Part shown: positions 29,639-40,155 of the stretch, one piece after another
Numbering within the stretch: the first letter of the stretch is position 1
How the letters are laid out: each line of letters opens with the position of its first letter
Assembly: GCA_003150515.1 (NCBI GenBank)
Contig: QALW01000010.1
Location: forward strand, 15,894 to 79,893
Source of the DNA: Selenomonadales bacterium
Lineage (GTDB): Bacteria > Bacillota > Clostridia > Christensenellales > QALW01
DNA length: 64,000 nucleotides
Direction of reading: 5' to 3'
Position numbers and translations under genes: made by a program
The notes under the pieces: generated by a model
Told to the model about the DNA's origin: nothing
The model's database searches: none
What the model saw: only the letters and a program-made list of their open reading frames with translations

Positions 29639-31825
29639 TTATGCTAAAACATCGCTTAAAATTTTCCAACTGTCGCTATTAATATCATCAGAATAAGCAT
29701 CCATACAGATACATAATTCTTCACTCTTGTCATCATAGCAGACGATGCCGCCCTTTAAGCCGTATCGTTCAAGATAATCTTTCAGCACCTTGAATTTCTT
29801 TGGTGTGAAAGTATCAATATCCTGGCTGCTGCCTGAACGGTCAAAGCCGCCCTTTGTCTCGATTATCCAAATTTCATCCTTTACGCCTATGATATAGTCG
29901 GGATAGAAATTCTTTTGCTTCTCGGAATTATCAGCGTACACGATGGACAGGTATTCGTTGCCCTTATCTCCGTTTTTGTAAACCCAATCCACACTATCAG
30001 CCGTTTCACAGTATTTCTCAAACTTGCGCTCTGAAGAAGAACGGATTTCAGCAGAAGAAAGGTAACCGTGATACACGTTCTTTTTCATTTCAAGCTGTGT
30101 CTTCGCCGTGCGGTCATATGTAAACAGGCAGCTTTGCGGGATTCGGAAAGGCACCTTGGATACCGTTTTAATATCCAACTGAAGCTGTGCCAGCTCTGCC
30201 GCCATAGCTTCACGGACGATGTGCTTCAGGCGGTTGGCGTTGTTAATGACAAATGTGTATACCTCTCTTGGCGGGAGAACGAGAATTTTACGGGCATAGA
30301 TGAAATTTTTGTCAAACAACTTGCGGATAATGGTATTCATATAGTTATATTCCATGCCGATTTCCAATCCGATTTTTCCGATGGTATGATGGTACAGATG
30401 TCCGTGCGTGTGCGTATTCAGTTTTTCCACAACATTGACCGTATTCATATCTTCGGGGGAAAAATCAAGCGTAGCTGTTTCTCCCGAATAGGTATGGCGT
30501 ATAATCCCGTCGCTGAAGATAAATCCCGCTGTCTGTAATCGCGTCATATTCTTAGATTTATTGCCGTCCGTTTTGAATTCTTTTTCAAAGTATTCGGCAA
30601 CAGCAAGCAGCGCCTTCTGCGGATTTCGGGTGTTTGTAATCATTGTGCGCTGTTCGCTTGTCAGCGTGATATCCCCGTATTCGTTTTTGAGGAAAAGCGT
30701 CTGTGCTTCTAACGCTCCTTTTCCCAAGCTCATTTTTACGCCTGCCGTGAATTTCTCATCGAAGGTGTAAAGATAGCAGCTGTCAAGCAAATCGCTGCCG
30801 TAATGCTTTGCCTCCGGCATACGGCGGATACGCCCGATAGTCTGAATTTCAAAGGTTTCGTCCATATTGTCACGGAGCTTTACAAGAATATGCGCTCTCG
30901 GACAGTCCCAGCCCGTAGCGACGGCCTGCTTGATGATAACCGCAATGGGTTTAGCATTCGGCTCGTCAATATCCTCCAGATTCTCGTGCATATCGGACAG
31001 CCATATCGCAAGCTGTTTGTTTTCATAAGTAATGCCCTGTTTTTCAAAATAATGTTCGATATCATCCTGCATTTTCTCCGATTTGTTCGGTATCTGCACT
31101 ACAATCAACGGATTAATATCCCTGTCCGCCGCTAGAAAAGCTGAACGCAGAGAGCGCTGTTTGCAGAGAGCTTTTTCAAGCAGATAGGCGTTTTGGTTGT
31201 CAGTTTCAACATTCTGCGGAAAATCCTCGTTAATAACCAGCATTTTTTTGATTAGCCCCTCGGCAATTACATCTTCTTCAGGTATTTCGATGATTTCCGC
31301 ATTTTTAATGCCTTTTGGCGTGGCGGAACAACGGATGATTTTATCCGTGTGGAAATATTGAATAATCTCGTCCGCCTTTACCGTGTTATTTTGGTGGCTC
31401 TCGTCAACGATAACCACAAAGCGCAGGCCGTCGTTCAGGGCGCGGGCAATATGCTCGACAAAATTGGTGCGTTCGCTGTCTTTGAGGGCATTGTTCCCTT
31501 TCTTTGTCAGCTTTTCCCAGTTGATAAAGCAACTATCGTTTTCCTTAAAGCCGCCCGTCATTACATCGGCAAGCAGCTTTGTCTGCGAGGCGTGAATATA
31601 CTTATCCATTTTTGTCTTGCTTTGTTCCTCAAGATTGCCCTTGCCGGGCGTGAGCCAAACGAAAACGGTTTTCCGAAAGCTTTGTATGTACTGGTGCATA
31701 AAATAGGTGAGGATAATGGTCTTTCCGCTGCCCGTGGGACTTTTCAGGATAATGTCCTGTGCTGGAGAGTCCATTGCCTCAAATAAATCCTTTACGGCTT
31801 TAAGCTGAAATTCTTTTAACTGCAT
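29639..31825 (-). CDS. res: Type III restriction enzyme Res subunit (SF2 helicase plus C-terminal PD-(D/E)xK nuclease)
   Basis: Motif I SPTGSGKT, motif II VIVDESH, C-terminal PDYIIGV...IWIIETKG. Lies 2 nt downstream of mod. Confidence 0.85.
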   Translation of the reverse strand: MQLKEFQLKAVKDLFEAMDSPAQDIILKSPTGSGKTIILTYFMHQYIQSFRKTVFVWLTPGKGNLEEQSKTKMDKYIHASQTKLLADVMTGGFKENDSCFINWEKLTKKGNNALKDSERTNFVEHIARALNDGLRFVVIVDESHQNNTVKADEIIQYFHTDKIIRCSATPKGIKNAEIIEIPEEDVIAEGLIKKMLVINEDFPQNVETDNQNAYLLEKALCKQRSLRSAFLAADRDINPLIVVQIPNKSEKMQDDIEHYFEKQGITYENKQLAIWLSDMHENLEDIDEPNAKPIAVIIKQAVATGWDCPRAHILVKLRDNMDETFEIQTIGRIRRMPEAKHYGSDLLDSCYLYTFDEKFTAGVKMSLGKGALEAQTLFLKNEYGDITLTSEQRTMITNTRNPQKALLAVAEYFEKEFKTDGNKSKNMTRLQTAGFIFSDGIIRHTYSGETATLDFSPEDMNTVNVVEKLNTHTHGHLYHHTIGKIGLEIGMEYNYMNTIIRKLFDKNFIYARKILVLPPREVYTFVINNANRLKHIVREAMAAELAQLQLDIKTVSKVPFRIPQSCLFTYDRTAKTQLEMKKNVYHGYLSSAEIRSSSERKFEKYCETADSVDWVYKNGDKGNEYLSIVYADNSEKQKNFYPDYIIGVKDEIWIIETKGGFDRSGSSQDIDTFTPKKFKVLKDYLERYGLKGGIVCYDDKSEELCICMDAYSDDINSDSWKILSDVLA

Positions 31826-31827
31826 AA

Positions 31828-33549
31828 TTATCTCTCCTGTAAATCGCGGTAGTAATAATCGGGAATAGTGCTGATTTCAATGCGGTGTTCCTTTATCGCC
31901 TTTTCCTGTTCCTCATCGGGCAGCAAATCGTATCCCATATACAGCTTTTTACATTTGCTGAAGCCGTCTATATCCCGCATAAAAGCAGATAACTCCTCCT
32001 CCGTGAGCACAATAGCGATTTCTGCATTGCCGGTAAAGTTGATACCGTTTTCAAGCTCAATTAATTCACGGATATGGAGCAAAAGTTCATCGGCGTATTC
32101 GTAGTACATACGCTCGGATATGGGAATATAATCGACTTTGTAATATTTCAGGCTTGCGGCGTAGTCTTCTTTATGGATAACACGTTTAATACGCTCGTAT
32201 GTAACCTCGCGGCAGATATTGTTTTCGTTGTTGGCGCAGAGGATAAACCGGCGGTTTCCTCCGTCCTCGGCGTTCAGCTTCATTACGGCGTGTCCCGTTG
32301 TGCCGGAGCCTGCGAAGAAGTCCAATACCGTGGCATCTGCATTCTCGGAAGCAACTTGAATCGAGTCAACAACTGCATGAATTGACTTTGGATAATCAAA
32401 TTTCTTTTTGCCTATAATATCAGAAAGAACATTGGCTCCAAATGTTGAAGCAGAATATTCTGGCTTATCCCAAAAGGTGTACGGTTGCATTTTTTCTGAT
32501 TTCATACGGCCTTTGTAGTATACAGAGGGGTTGCCCGAACGATCTTTTCTTACTCCCAGATTTTTTTCTTTTTCTCTAAGAACAGTTTCTATTGACCATT
32601 TCCACGTTCTTTGTCTGCCCGATTCATCAATAGGCAAAGAAATAATCTCGTCATTTTCCGGTTGCTCCAACAATGTATATTTTTTTGTTTCGTCATCCCA
32701 TTCCATTTGAGGAATTCTAAAATCACTAAAATCTTTTTTCACAAAAATCGGATATACCATTTTAGGCGATTCGGAACTATACTGTGCCCTGAAATTTCTC
32801 CATTCAAATGGGCCGTATTCATCACATTCCTTATACCTGGAAAGTTGATTTTCATTTCTTGCCAATCCGCCGATTTTAGCTTTCGCGCCTCCATAAAACA
32901 ACCCATATTCATGTGAAATCTGAAAACCTGTTACATTTGAGCGCCCCTGCGGATTATTTTTAATTACTACGGTTCCCAAATGATTTTCTTCGCCAAAGAT
33001 TTCATTCATCAAGAGTGTTATATTTTCTATTTCATAATCATCTATTGTTAATACGATAATCCCGGTTTCTTTTAATAGCTCTTTCGCAACATTCAATCGT
33101 GCCTTTATAAATGACAACCATTTTGAATGTCTGAAAGTATCGGTATTATCGACATAATCGTTATTATATCTCCAATTTTTTGCACCTGTATTATATGGTG
33201 GATCTATATAAATAACATCAATTTTGCCTTTATATGTTTTCACCAGCAGCTTCAGCGAAGCCAGATTATCCCCCTCAATGAGAAAATTCATCTGTCCGCC
33301 GTTATCAATAAACAGTTTTTTATCCTCACTCAAAACCGGAGTGTGCGTATCCAGCACCTCGTCGATTTCCTCGCGGTGTTCTTCAAAAATAAGTCCGTAT
33401 TTCTTGCCGTTTATGTCATTTTCAAGCTCGGAAAGATAGGTCAGCAGATTGCCCGTATTTTCGTCCTGCGGCGCAGACGATATATATTTGCGGATTTCCC
33501 CGATTTTCTTTATCAGGTCGTCACGCCTTTGTTTTGAAATGTTCGCCAT
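31828..33549 (-). CDS. mod: Type III R-M Mod subunit (beta-class N6-adenine/N4-cytosine DNA methyltransferase)
   Basis: DPPYN (IYIDPPYNTG) precedes the SAM motif FFAGSGTTGHAV. mod-res gene order. Confidence 0.85.
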   Translation of the reverse strand: MANISKQRRDDLIKKIGEIRKYISSAPQDENTGNLLTYLSELENDINGKKYGLIFEEHREEIDEVLDTHTPVLSEDKKLFIDNGGQMNFLIEGDNLASLKLLVKTYKGKIDVIYIDPPYNTGAKNWRYNNDYVDNTDTFRHSKWLSFIKARLNVAKELLKETGIIVLTIDDYEIENITLLMNEIFGEENHLGTVVIKNNPQGRSNVTGFQISHEYGLFYGGAKAKIGGLARNENQLSRYKECDEYGPFEWRNFRAQYSSESPKMVYPIFVKKDFSDFRIPQMEWDDETKKYTLLEQPENDEIISLPIDESGRQRTWKWSIETVLREKEKNLGVRKDRSGNPSVYYKGRMKSEKMQPYTFWDKPEYSASTFGANVLSDIIGKKKFDYPKSIHAVVDSIQVASENADATVLDFFAGSGTTGHAVMKLNAEDGGNRRFILCANNENNICREVTYERIKRVIHKEDYAASLKYYKVDYIPISERMYYEYADELLLHIRELIELENGINFTGNAEIAIVLTEEELSAFMRDIDGFSKCKKLYMGYDLLPDEEQEKAIKEHRIEISTIPDYYYRDLQER

Positions 33550-33610
33550 AATACCCTCCGTTTGATAGGGTGTTCCCGACGATGAATCCCATCGAGTAAG
33601 GAAAGCCCGA

Positions 33611-34531
33611 TTATCCTATAATTTCCCCATATCGGTCAAGCCGTTCGCCTATATATTCCGATATGAGCTTTATCATATTTTCGGCTTTGCCGTCACGGTA
33701 GAAGCTGTCGAAAGCGTCGTAATACCTTTTGCGGTCGGCAAATTTCACATTGATTGCCGGGTAGCCGCTGCGGATAAGCTCTAAATTGAGAATAAGCCTC
33801 CCCGTTCTGCCGTTACCGTCCATAAAGGGGTGGATACCCTCAAATTCCAAATGAAACCGGGCAATGCGCTCTATGGGGTGCATTGTCTTTTTTCTGCGCT
33901 CATTTTCGGCAAGCAGTCCCGTCATCTTGGGCTCAATCAGATATGGCTGCGCCGGCTCGATATATGTCCCCGTAATGTTTACGGGAATACGGCGGTAAAC
34001 GCCCTTATCTTCCGGTCTGTCCATCAGCACAAGCGAGTGAATCGCTTTAATTTCCGTTTCCCGCAGCTTTGTCTTATTCTGCGCAATATCTTCAATATAT
34101 AGAAATGCGTCACGATGTCCCACTGCCTTCAAATGGTCTTTCAGAGGCTTTTTATCGATACTGATGCCCTCCAGCACCATCGCCGTTTCCTTAAGCGTCA
34201 GCGTGTTGCCCTCTATGGCGTTGGAGTTATAGGTGAAGTCCACCATAAATTCGTCGCGCAGCCGCTTTGTTTCCCCTGCGGTAAGCGGGCGCATATTATC
34301 AAGCTTCAGCCTCTTCAAATCAGTATCCCTAAACAGCTTGTAATAATCGCCCCTGCGCTGCTTGTAGGGTAATCTGCGGCGGTCAAGCGGTTTTTCCGTA
34401 TCCGCGGGTATCATATAAAGGTATCCCTTGCGGATAACGCCTTCTATTTCTCCATTTGCGCAAAGCAGGCGGACACGGCGGGAAGAAACGCCCCATTTTT
34501 CCGCTGCCTGCGTTACCGTTAAATAGTCCAT
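33611..34531 (-). CDS. Fic family protein with an N-terminal excisionase/MerR-type HTH
   Basis: Fic motif HPFMDGNGRTGR. N-terminus LTVTQAAEKWGVSSRRVRLLC. Start set at MDYLTV, after AGGAGGG. Confidence 0.85.
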   Translation of the reverse strand: MDYLTVTQAAEKWGVSSRRVRLLCANGEIEGVIRKGYLYMIPADTEKPLDRRRLPYKQRRGDYYKLFRDTDLKRLKLDNMRPLTAGETKRLRDEFMVDFTYNSNAIEGNTLTLKETAMVLEGISIDKKPLKDHLKAVGHRDAFLYIEDIAQNKTKLRETEIKAIHSLVLMDRPEDKGVYRRIPVNITGTYIEPAQPYLIEPKMTGLLAENERRKKTMHPIERIARFHLEFEGIHPFMDGNGRTGRLILNLELIRSGYPAINVKFADRKRYYDAFDSFYRDGKAENMIKLISEYIGERLDRYGEIIG

Positions 34532-34837
34532 TTCAGCCCTCCTGTTCGATGGACATAAAAACACAAAGTAAAGTATAGCACAAATAAGGAATGATTGCAA
34601 GAGATTCAAAAGAGAGTTATAATATGTTTTTTCCGACAATTGAGTTATAAAATCAGACGCTGTGTCCGTGCGGATGCCGCAGCGCAGATCGTATTTATTA
34701 GCTTAGTCGCATAGCGGAGTTCAAGGACGCTAACGAGGAGAAATTTACCCAATTGCTTGCCGCAAAGGCAAAAGCCGATGCCTGAAAGGGAGCTGCTGCG
34801 GAATACTGTCCAAACGGTGTTCCGGCATAAGCGGCAT

Positions 34838-34867
34838 AACAAAAAGGAGCAGGATTTAATCCTGCTC
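34838..34867 (-). terminator. terminator downstream of tRNA-Leu
   Basis: 9-bp stem gagcaggat tta atcctgctc followed by a T-run on the minus strand. Confidence 0.65.
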
Positions 34868-34934
34868 TGTACATAAAAATCAGATAAGAAAAATCGAGCG
34901 TCCATAACTTCAAATCCGTTATGAACACTCGATA

Positions 34935-35017
34935 TGGTGCGGAGGACGGGACTTGAACCCGTACGGTTGCCCACACGCCCCTCAAACGTGCGCGTCTGCC
35001 AGTTCCGCCACCCCCGC
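34935..35017 (-). tRNA. tRNA-Leu(GAG), class II with long variable arm
   Basis: 83 nt. Acceptor GCGGGGG/CCUCCGC, anticodon stem CACGU/GCGUG with loop UUGAGGG, variable arm, GGUUCAAGUCC T-arm, encoded CCA. Confidence 0.9.
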
Positions 35018-35086
35018 ATGTTCTTAAGCGGCTGACAAAAGCTATTTTATATAATATAGATTAAAAAGTCAAGCAATTTTTAAGGG

Positions 35087-37789
35087 TTAAACCCTCCTTT
35101 TTGTGCGCGCCTCATTAAAACTGACGAGGTAATCGCCGGATGCCAGCTCTATTCCGCCGCCGGGCAGAGGAAAGAGGCCTTTTTGTTCGCGTTCGGGAAT
35201 GCTTTGATGTTCCGAGAAAGAGCTTGATGAATCTGGCGCGGGGCCGCTCGGGCCGGAAAAAACAGGCTTTATATGAGGCTGGCAGCCCTGAGGAAGGATG
35301 AGCAAAGCGGAAGTGTTCCAGGGAATAGAAAGGCTTAATTGAATTTCACCTTTTATTCTCTGCCACTTTGTTGATATTACTCCCTTAAAAGAGAGGTAAG
35401 AGGCTTGCGCACAGTCTAATTCCTCTGGAAAAGCGGGAGATATAACGACGGTGTTCAAACCGTCCGGATGCCCTTCCAGCCGGATGCCCCCTAAAGCCTT
35501 ATACAGCCAGGAAGTGCAGGCGCAGAGCATAGGCTGATTGTGCGAATTCATACTGGAGCCTATTTCATTTTCCCATCTCTCCCATATGGTGGTGGCTCCG
35601 CTTTTGATCATATAGCCCAGGCTGGGATAAGTGTCTGAAGCCATTATTTTATATGCGTCGTCGTTCATTCCAAGACGGTCTAAGGCTTCAAAAAGATATT
35701 TGGTAGTTTGATTGCCTGTGGTTATATGCCAGCCGCGTCCGCGCACATCCCTGAGCAGGCTTTGCACGGCAGCCTGCTTTTTATTTTCAGGCACTATATC
35801 CAGAAAGAGAGGAAAGGAGTTGGCCCCCTGGGAGCCGGGCAAATAGCCGTTTTCGGCAAGCAGGGAGGCGTTTATTGCTGTCTTGGCTTCGCGCGCAGTT
35901 TTTTCATATAAAGGTATATCTTCGTCATGTCCTGTGAGAGCGGCCATTTTAATCATAAGCAGACAGTCGTAATAAAGATATCCTGTAGTTATGAGAGGCT
36001 TGGGAATATTTTTGGGCACGGCGTTATATGCGACGCGCTGATAGCATTCCTCCAGGGGAGCAACCCAATCGCCGTAATAGGGCTCGCCTATCAGGCCGTC
36101 GGCGTTTCTCTGGGAAGCCAGAAACAGCACATATCTTTTTACAGGCTGGTAATATTGCTCCATGATGCGCGTATCCCCGTAATGCACATATATAAGCCAA
36201 GGCAGAAGCACATATATGCTGGAAATATGAAAGGACGGATTGCCTCCGTAAATAAAAGGAGCCGTGTCGGGGATGCTTCCCGATTCCTTCTGCTCGTTGT
36301 AAATATCCTCCATCCATTTTTCGTATATGGGCAGCATATTATTGTTATACATGGATTCTTCGCATCTCACTGCTACGTCGTTAAGCCAGGCCATGCGTTC
36401 ATCCCTTTGGGCGCAGGCGTCGGGCATGCCGTGCAGATTGGAGCGCTCCGTCCAAACAACGGCCTGCTGTATCTTGTTGAGCAGCTCGTTTCCGCATGAA
36501 AAACAGCCCGTCTGCTCCACATCGCTGTTTACTGCGCAGCCTGTAATTTCAAATTCTTCCAACGGCTCTTCGGCCAGTATTTCAACGTATCTGAAACCGT
36601 GATAGGTGAAACGGGGCTGGTAAATTTCGTATTCTCCGCCCTTTAGAACATAATTATCCACGGCGCGCGCGTCCCGCAGATTGTCCGTGCTCACCCAGCC
36701 CGCCTGGTTAAGCACTTCGCCGTGCTTGAGCGTTATTCTTTTATCGGGCAGGCCTTTCATTTTCAGACGCGTCCAGCCGGCAAAATTCTGACCGAAATCC
36801 ACTATGCAGCGGTATTTGGATATATGCTTTATGCTCACGGGCTCAAGCGTTTTGGTAATCCGTATAGGCTGAATCCGGGAAGCGCGCAGCACTCCGCCCG
36901 GCGCCGGACTTTCGGCCGCTTTGGGCCAGCCTTCGGCCTGCGGACAGAAATCCGGCTGGGCATATCTGGTTATATCCACTCTTCCGTCGCATACTTCGCC
37001 GTCGTATAAATCGTTTTCATATATATCGCCGAAGGCGGCGTACCAATCGCGCGTATCTGTGCCTTCAATCTGAGTTTTTCCGCCGGGCAGGCAAATGTTG
37101 AATTGAGCCAGCAGCCTGGGAGACTGCACATATGGGCCGGGCGTGCCTGCCAGCACCTTAAAGCTGGTATGATGCTGTCCGTAAGTGCCTTTTCCCAATT
37201 CTATCATTACGGCGTTTTTTCCCTCCCGCAGATAGGGAGTTATGTCCAGTACGGAGTAGAGTACGGTTTTGTTGTAGTTTGTCCAGGCCGGCTCCAAGCA
37301 GCGATCGCTGGCCAGCTCTCCGTTTATATGCAGACGGTAAAGGCCGAGGCCGCAGATATAAGCGCGCGCTTTTGAAGGGGTAGCGTCCAGGAATATTTCT
37401 TTCCTAAGCAGTATGGAATAGCCGTCCAAAGGCTGGGGATGGGAAATCCATTGTCCTTCCCAATGAGCTTCGGGGGATATGGCGGTTTCAAAAAAGGAGG
37501 AGCCTGTTATATTGAAGCCATCCCGGCAGGAGATTTTAACCTGCCAGTAATATCGGGTGCAGTCTCTGAGGGGAGCGCCGTTATAGACGATGCCTAAAGA
37601 GGCGCGGCTCAGGACGGTTCCGCTGTCCCAAACGGGCTGGGTTAAGGCCTTATCTTCGGATACGATAATCCGGTATGAAAGCTGTTCCCGGACGGTGTTG
37701 TCGTCCAGGGCCCAGCAAAAGCGCGGGCGCTGTGTCTGGACGTTTATCGGGCGGTCCTCATATTCGCATAAAAGTTTTAAAATAGGCAT
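35087..37789 (-). CDS. alpha-L-rhamnosidase (GH78 family)
   Basis: 900 aa. N-terminus LCEYEDRPINV...PRFCW and overall layout are typical of bacterial GH78 enzymes. Confidence 0.8.
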   Translation of the reverse strand: MPILKLLCEYEDRPINVQTQRPRFCWALDDNTVREQLSYRIIVSEDKALTQPVWDSGTVLSRASLGIVYNGAPLRDCTRYYWQVKISCRDGFNITGSSFFETAISPEAHWEGQWISHPQPLDGYSILLRKEIFLDATPSKARAYICGLGLYRLHINGELASDRCLEPAWTNYNKTVLYSVLDITPYLREGKNAVMIELGKGTYGQHHTSFKVLAGTPGPYVQSPRLLAQFNICLPGGKTQIEGTDTRDWYAAFGDIYENDLYDGEVCDGRVDITRYAQPDFCPQAEGWPKAAESPAPGGVLRASRIQPIRITKTLEPVSIKHISKYRCIVDFGQNFAGWTRLKMKGLPDKRITLKHGEVLNQAGWVSTDNLRDARAVDNYVLKGGEYEIYQPRFTYHGFRYVEILAEEPLEEFEITGCAVNSDVEQTGCFSCGNELLNKIQQAVVWTERSNLHGMPDACAQRDERMAWLNDVAVRCEESMYNNNMLPIYEKWMEDIYNEQKESGSIPDTAPFIYGGNPSFHISSIYVLLPWLIYVHYGDTRIMEQYYQPVKRYVLFLASQRNADGLIGEPYYGDWVAPLEECYQRVAYNAVPKNIPKPLITTGYLYYDCLLMIKMAALTGHDEDIPLYEKTAREAKTAINASLLAENGYLPGSQGANSFPLFLDIVPENKKQAAVQSLLRDVRGRGWHITTGNQTTKYLFEALDRLGMNDDAYKIMASDTYPSLGYMIKSGATTIWERWENEIGSSMNSHNQPMLCACTSWLYKALGGIRLEGHPDGLNTVVISPAFPEELDCAQASYLSFKGVISTKWQRIKGEIQLSLSIPWNTSALLILPQGCQPHIKPVFSGPSGPAPDSSSSFSEHQSIPEREQKGLFPLPGGGIELASGDYLVSFNEARTKRRV

Positions 37790-38063
37790 GATAATTTAAT
37801 CCTTTCTGCGCGTGCGTTGTTTAAGGTTTTTATGCATGTGTCTGCAAGACGCTTTATTATAATATATTGAGTTTTGAAATTCAACAGAAATTTTACGGGC
37901 AAAAGGGGCTTTGCTTCTTTAAAGCTTATTTCAGATTGGGCTTTTGTTTAAATGGGCTGAGAGAAAAAGCAAATGTTTGCGGGCGGGGCTTTAATTCAGG
38001 GCTTCCCTTAGCATGCTCCCTGCGCGCGGAAGAGGAGAAAAAGCCCGTTTTAGGTGCTCCTTA

Positions 38064-38092
38064 TTGACAATCTGTCCCGTATGGTTTATAAT
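38064..38092 (+). promoter_or_regulatory. sigma-A promoter upstream of rny
   Basis: TTGACA, 17 nt, TATAAT. Leader of about 175 nt. Confidence 0.7.
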
Positions 38093-38269
38093 TAAATAGA
38101 TATGGTGCTTTTCTCTTGGCTAAATTAAGGCATATTCGTTGAAAGGGAGTTTTTTATCAGAATGCGGCGCTCCTTTTTATGGGGGAATGCCCGGGATTTT
38201 TGGCCGAGGATTATTACTAATAAATGCTAAAAATAGTAAAAGAACCAGAAAATTAAATAAGGAGGTGCA

Positions 38270-39817
38270 TTGGTTTTGGAGTACTTGTGGCCTATTCTGG
38301 CCGCTGTTCTCGGCATCGCCCTCGGAGCCTTTCTGGGCTATACGCTTTATAAAAAAAGTTCGGAAAAGCGTGTGGGCCGTGCGGAAGAGGTTGCCGCGCG
38401 TCTTGTTGACGAAGCCAAGAACAGAGCCGAGCTGCTTTCAAAGGAGCGCATAAACGAGGCTAAGGAAGAGGTCCACAGGCTGAGAAATGAATGCGATAGA
38501 GAATGCAAGGAAAGACGTGCTGAGATTCAAAAGAGCGAGAAGAGATTTAACCAGCGCGAGGAGCAACTGGAAAAAAAGTTTTTTGCGCTGGATACGCGCG
38601 AGGACGCGTGCGTGCAGAAGGAAAAAGAGCTGCAAAAGCAGCTTGCGGCGGCTGAAGAGCTGCAAAAGCGCCGGCTGGACGAATTGGAACGGGTTGCCGG
38701 CCTGACGGCCAATGAAGCCAAAGAGGAATTGGTTTCGGCCATTGAGAACGAGGCGCGCCGGGATGCGGCGGTGCTCGTTCGGGATATGGAAGCAAAGGCC
38801 AAGCAGGAGGGGGAAGCAAAGGCCCGCAATATAATTACGCTGGCTATACAGCGCTGTGCGGCCGATCATGTGGCCGAAAGCACTGTTTCGGTCGTGCCTC
38901 TGCCCAATGATGAGATGAAGGGGCGCATAATCGGCCGGGAAGGCAGGAATATAAAGGCTTTGGAGACTGCTACCGGGGTGGAATTAATTATAGATGATAC
39001 TCCCGAGGCGGTTATACTTTCCAGCTTTGATCCGATAAGAAGAGATGTTGCGCGCATAGCGCTGGAAAGGCTGATTGTGGATGGGCGCATACATCCTGCC
39101 CGAATTGAAGATATCGTAGAAAAGGTGCGCAAAGAGGTGGAAGCCCAAATTAAGGAAGCGGGCGAATCCGCCGTGTTTGAAGTGGGAATTCATAATATCC
39201 ATCCCGAATTGGTGCGTCTGCTGGGCCGGCTTAAATACCGCACGAGCTATGGGCAGAACGTGCTGAAGCATTCGCTGGAAGTCTCTTTTATAGCCGGCTT
39301 GCTGGCAGGAGAGGTGGGAGCGGATGTAACCCTGGCCAAGCGTGCGGGGCTCCTGCACGATATAGGCAAATCGGTGGACCATGAAGTGGAGGGCACGCAT
39401 ATTCAGATAGGCGTGGATCTCGCTAAAAAATACCGTGAAAGCAGCGGCGTTATTCATTGCATAGCCGCCCATCATAACGATATAGATCCCAATACCATAG
39501 AAGCGGTGTTGGTGCAGGCTGCGGACGCAATTTCGGGAGCTCGCCCCGGAGCCCGCAGAGAAACTCTCAGCAATTATCTCAAGCGTCTTGAAAAGCTCGA
39601 AGAAATCGCAAATTCATTCCCAGGCGTGGAAAAATGCTTCGCTATACAGGCAGGAAGAGAAATCCGCATAATAGTCAAGCCCGACCAGGTGTCGGAGGAC
39701 GCCTCCATCCTGCTTGCAAAGGATATAGCTAAACGTATAGAAGACGATATGGTTTATCCCGGACAGATTAAAGTCAATGTGGTGCGGGAGACGCGTACTG
39801 TTGAATACGCTAAATAA
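38270..39817 (+). CDS. rny: ribonuclease Y
   Basis: N-terminal TM helix, coiled coil, KH domain ([15 protein letters not shown]), HD domain (LLHDIGK...AAHH). TTG start; the TTG at 38276 is also possible. Confidence 0.95.
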   Translation: MVLEYLWPILAAVLGIALGAFLGYTLYKKSSEKRVGRAEEVAARLVDEAKNRAELLSKERINEAKEEVHRLRNECDRECKERRAEIQKSEKRFNQREEQLEKKFFALDTREDACVQKEKELQKQLAAAEELQKRRLDELERVAGLTANEAKEELVSAIENEARRDAAVLVRDMEAKAKQEGEAKARNIITLAIQRCAADHVAESTVSVVPLPNDEMKGRIIGREGRNIKALETATGVELIIDDTPEAVILSSFDPIRRDVARIALERLIVDGRIHPARIEDIVEKVRKEVEAQIKEAGESAVFEVGIHNIHPELVRLLGRLKYRTSYGQNVLKHSLEVSFIAGLLAGEVGADVTLAKRAGLLHDIGKSVDHEVEGTHIQIGVDLAKKYRESSGVIHCIAAHHNDIDPNTIEAVLVQAADAISGARPGARRETLSNYLKRLEKLEEIANSFPGVEKCFAIQAGREIRIIVKPDQVSEDASILLAKDIAKRIEDDMVYPGQIKVNVVRETRTVEYAK

Positions 39818-39830
39818 TATGCCGAAAAAC

Positions 39831-39868
39831 GGCCCTGCTGCGGTGTTAGCCGCCGCGGGGCTTTTTTT
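39831..39868 (+). terminator. rho-independent terminator of rny
   Basis: Imperfect GC stem (one wobble, one mismatch) followed by T7. Confidence 0.75.
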
Positions 39869-39893
39869 ATGCAGCCCGGCCCTGAAAAAGAAC

Positions 39894-40063
39894 CGCATTT
39901 GGGCGGCGAAAGAGAGGTCTCATTAGGTAAAACGGCGCATTTGGGCGGCAAAAGAGGGGCTTTCGTTAGGCAAAACGGCGCATTTGGGCGGCGAAAGAGA
40001 GGCCTCGTTAGGCAAAACGGCGCTTTTGCGCGGCAAAGGAGGGGCTTAGGGCGGGCAGGGCGG
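39894..40063. repeat. tandem direct repeat, four copies of 42-43 bp (the fourth degenerate)
   Basis: Unit cgcatttgggcggcgaaagagaggtctcattaggtaaaacgg at 39894, 39936, 39979 and 40021. Confidence 0.9.
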
Positions 40064-40155
40064 GAGAAGGGACGCATGAACGCAGGCGCCCCGAAAAAGG
40101 ACGGCGCATATTATATAGTATGGCGGCTCCAGCCGCCGCGAAAGGTTGAAAAAAT

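Larger units (their letters stand above)
29050..34934. mobile_element. AT-rich genomic islet abutting the 3' end of tRNA-Leu: Type III R-M plus HTH-Fic (no integrase or att repeat found)
   Basis: Visible GC drop, defence-type cargo, and position immediately downstream of a tRNA 3' end. Confidence 0.5.

Noticed and set aside
28868-29640. Direct repeat of the tRNA-Leu 3' end that would mark the distal att site of the R-M/Fic islet.
   Set aside because: There is only a weak resemblance, about half the positions, at 29090-29115 (cggcgtggagaaccgcggccggaac versus tggtgcggaggacgggacttgaac). That is not convincing without alignment statistics.
34645-35019. ORFs of 124 aa and 95 aa on the minus strand.
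   Set aside because: They overlap the tRNA-Leu gene and its terminator. They have no RBS and an implausible composition.
39894-40063. The 42-bp repeats as a CRISPR array.
   Set aside because: The repeats are directly adjacent with no spacers, there are only four copies, the last is degenerate, and there are no cas genes in the window.
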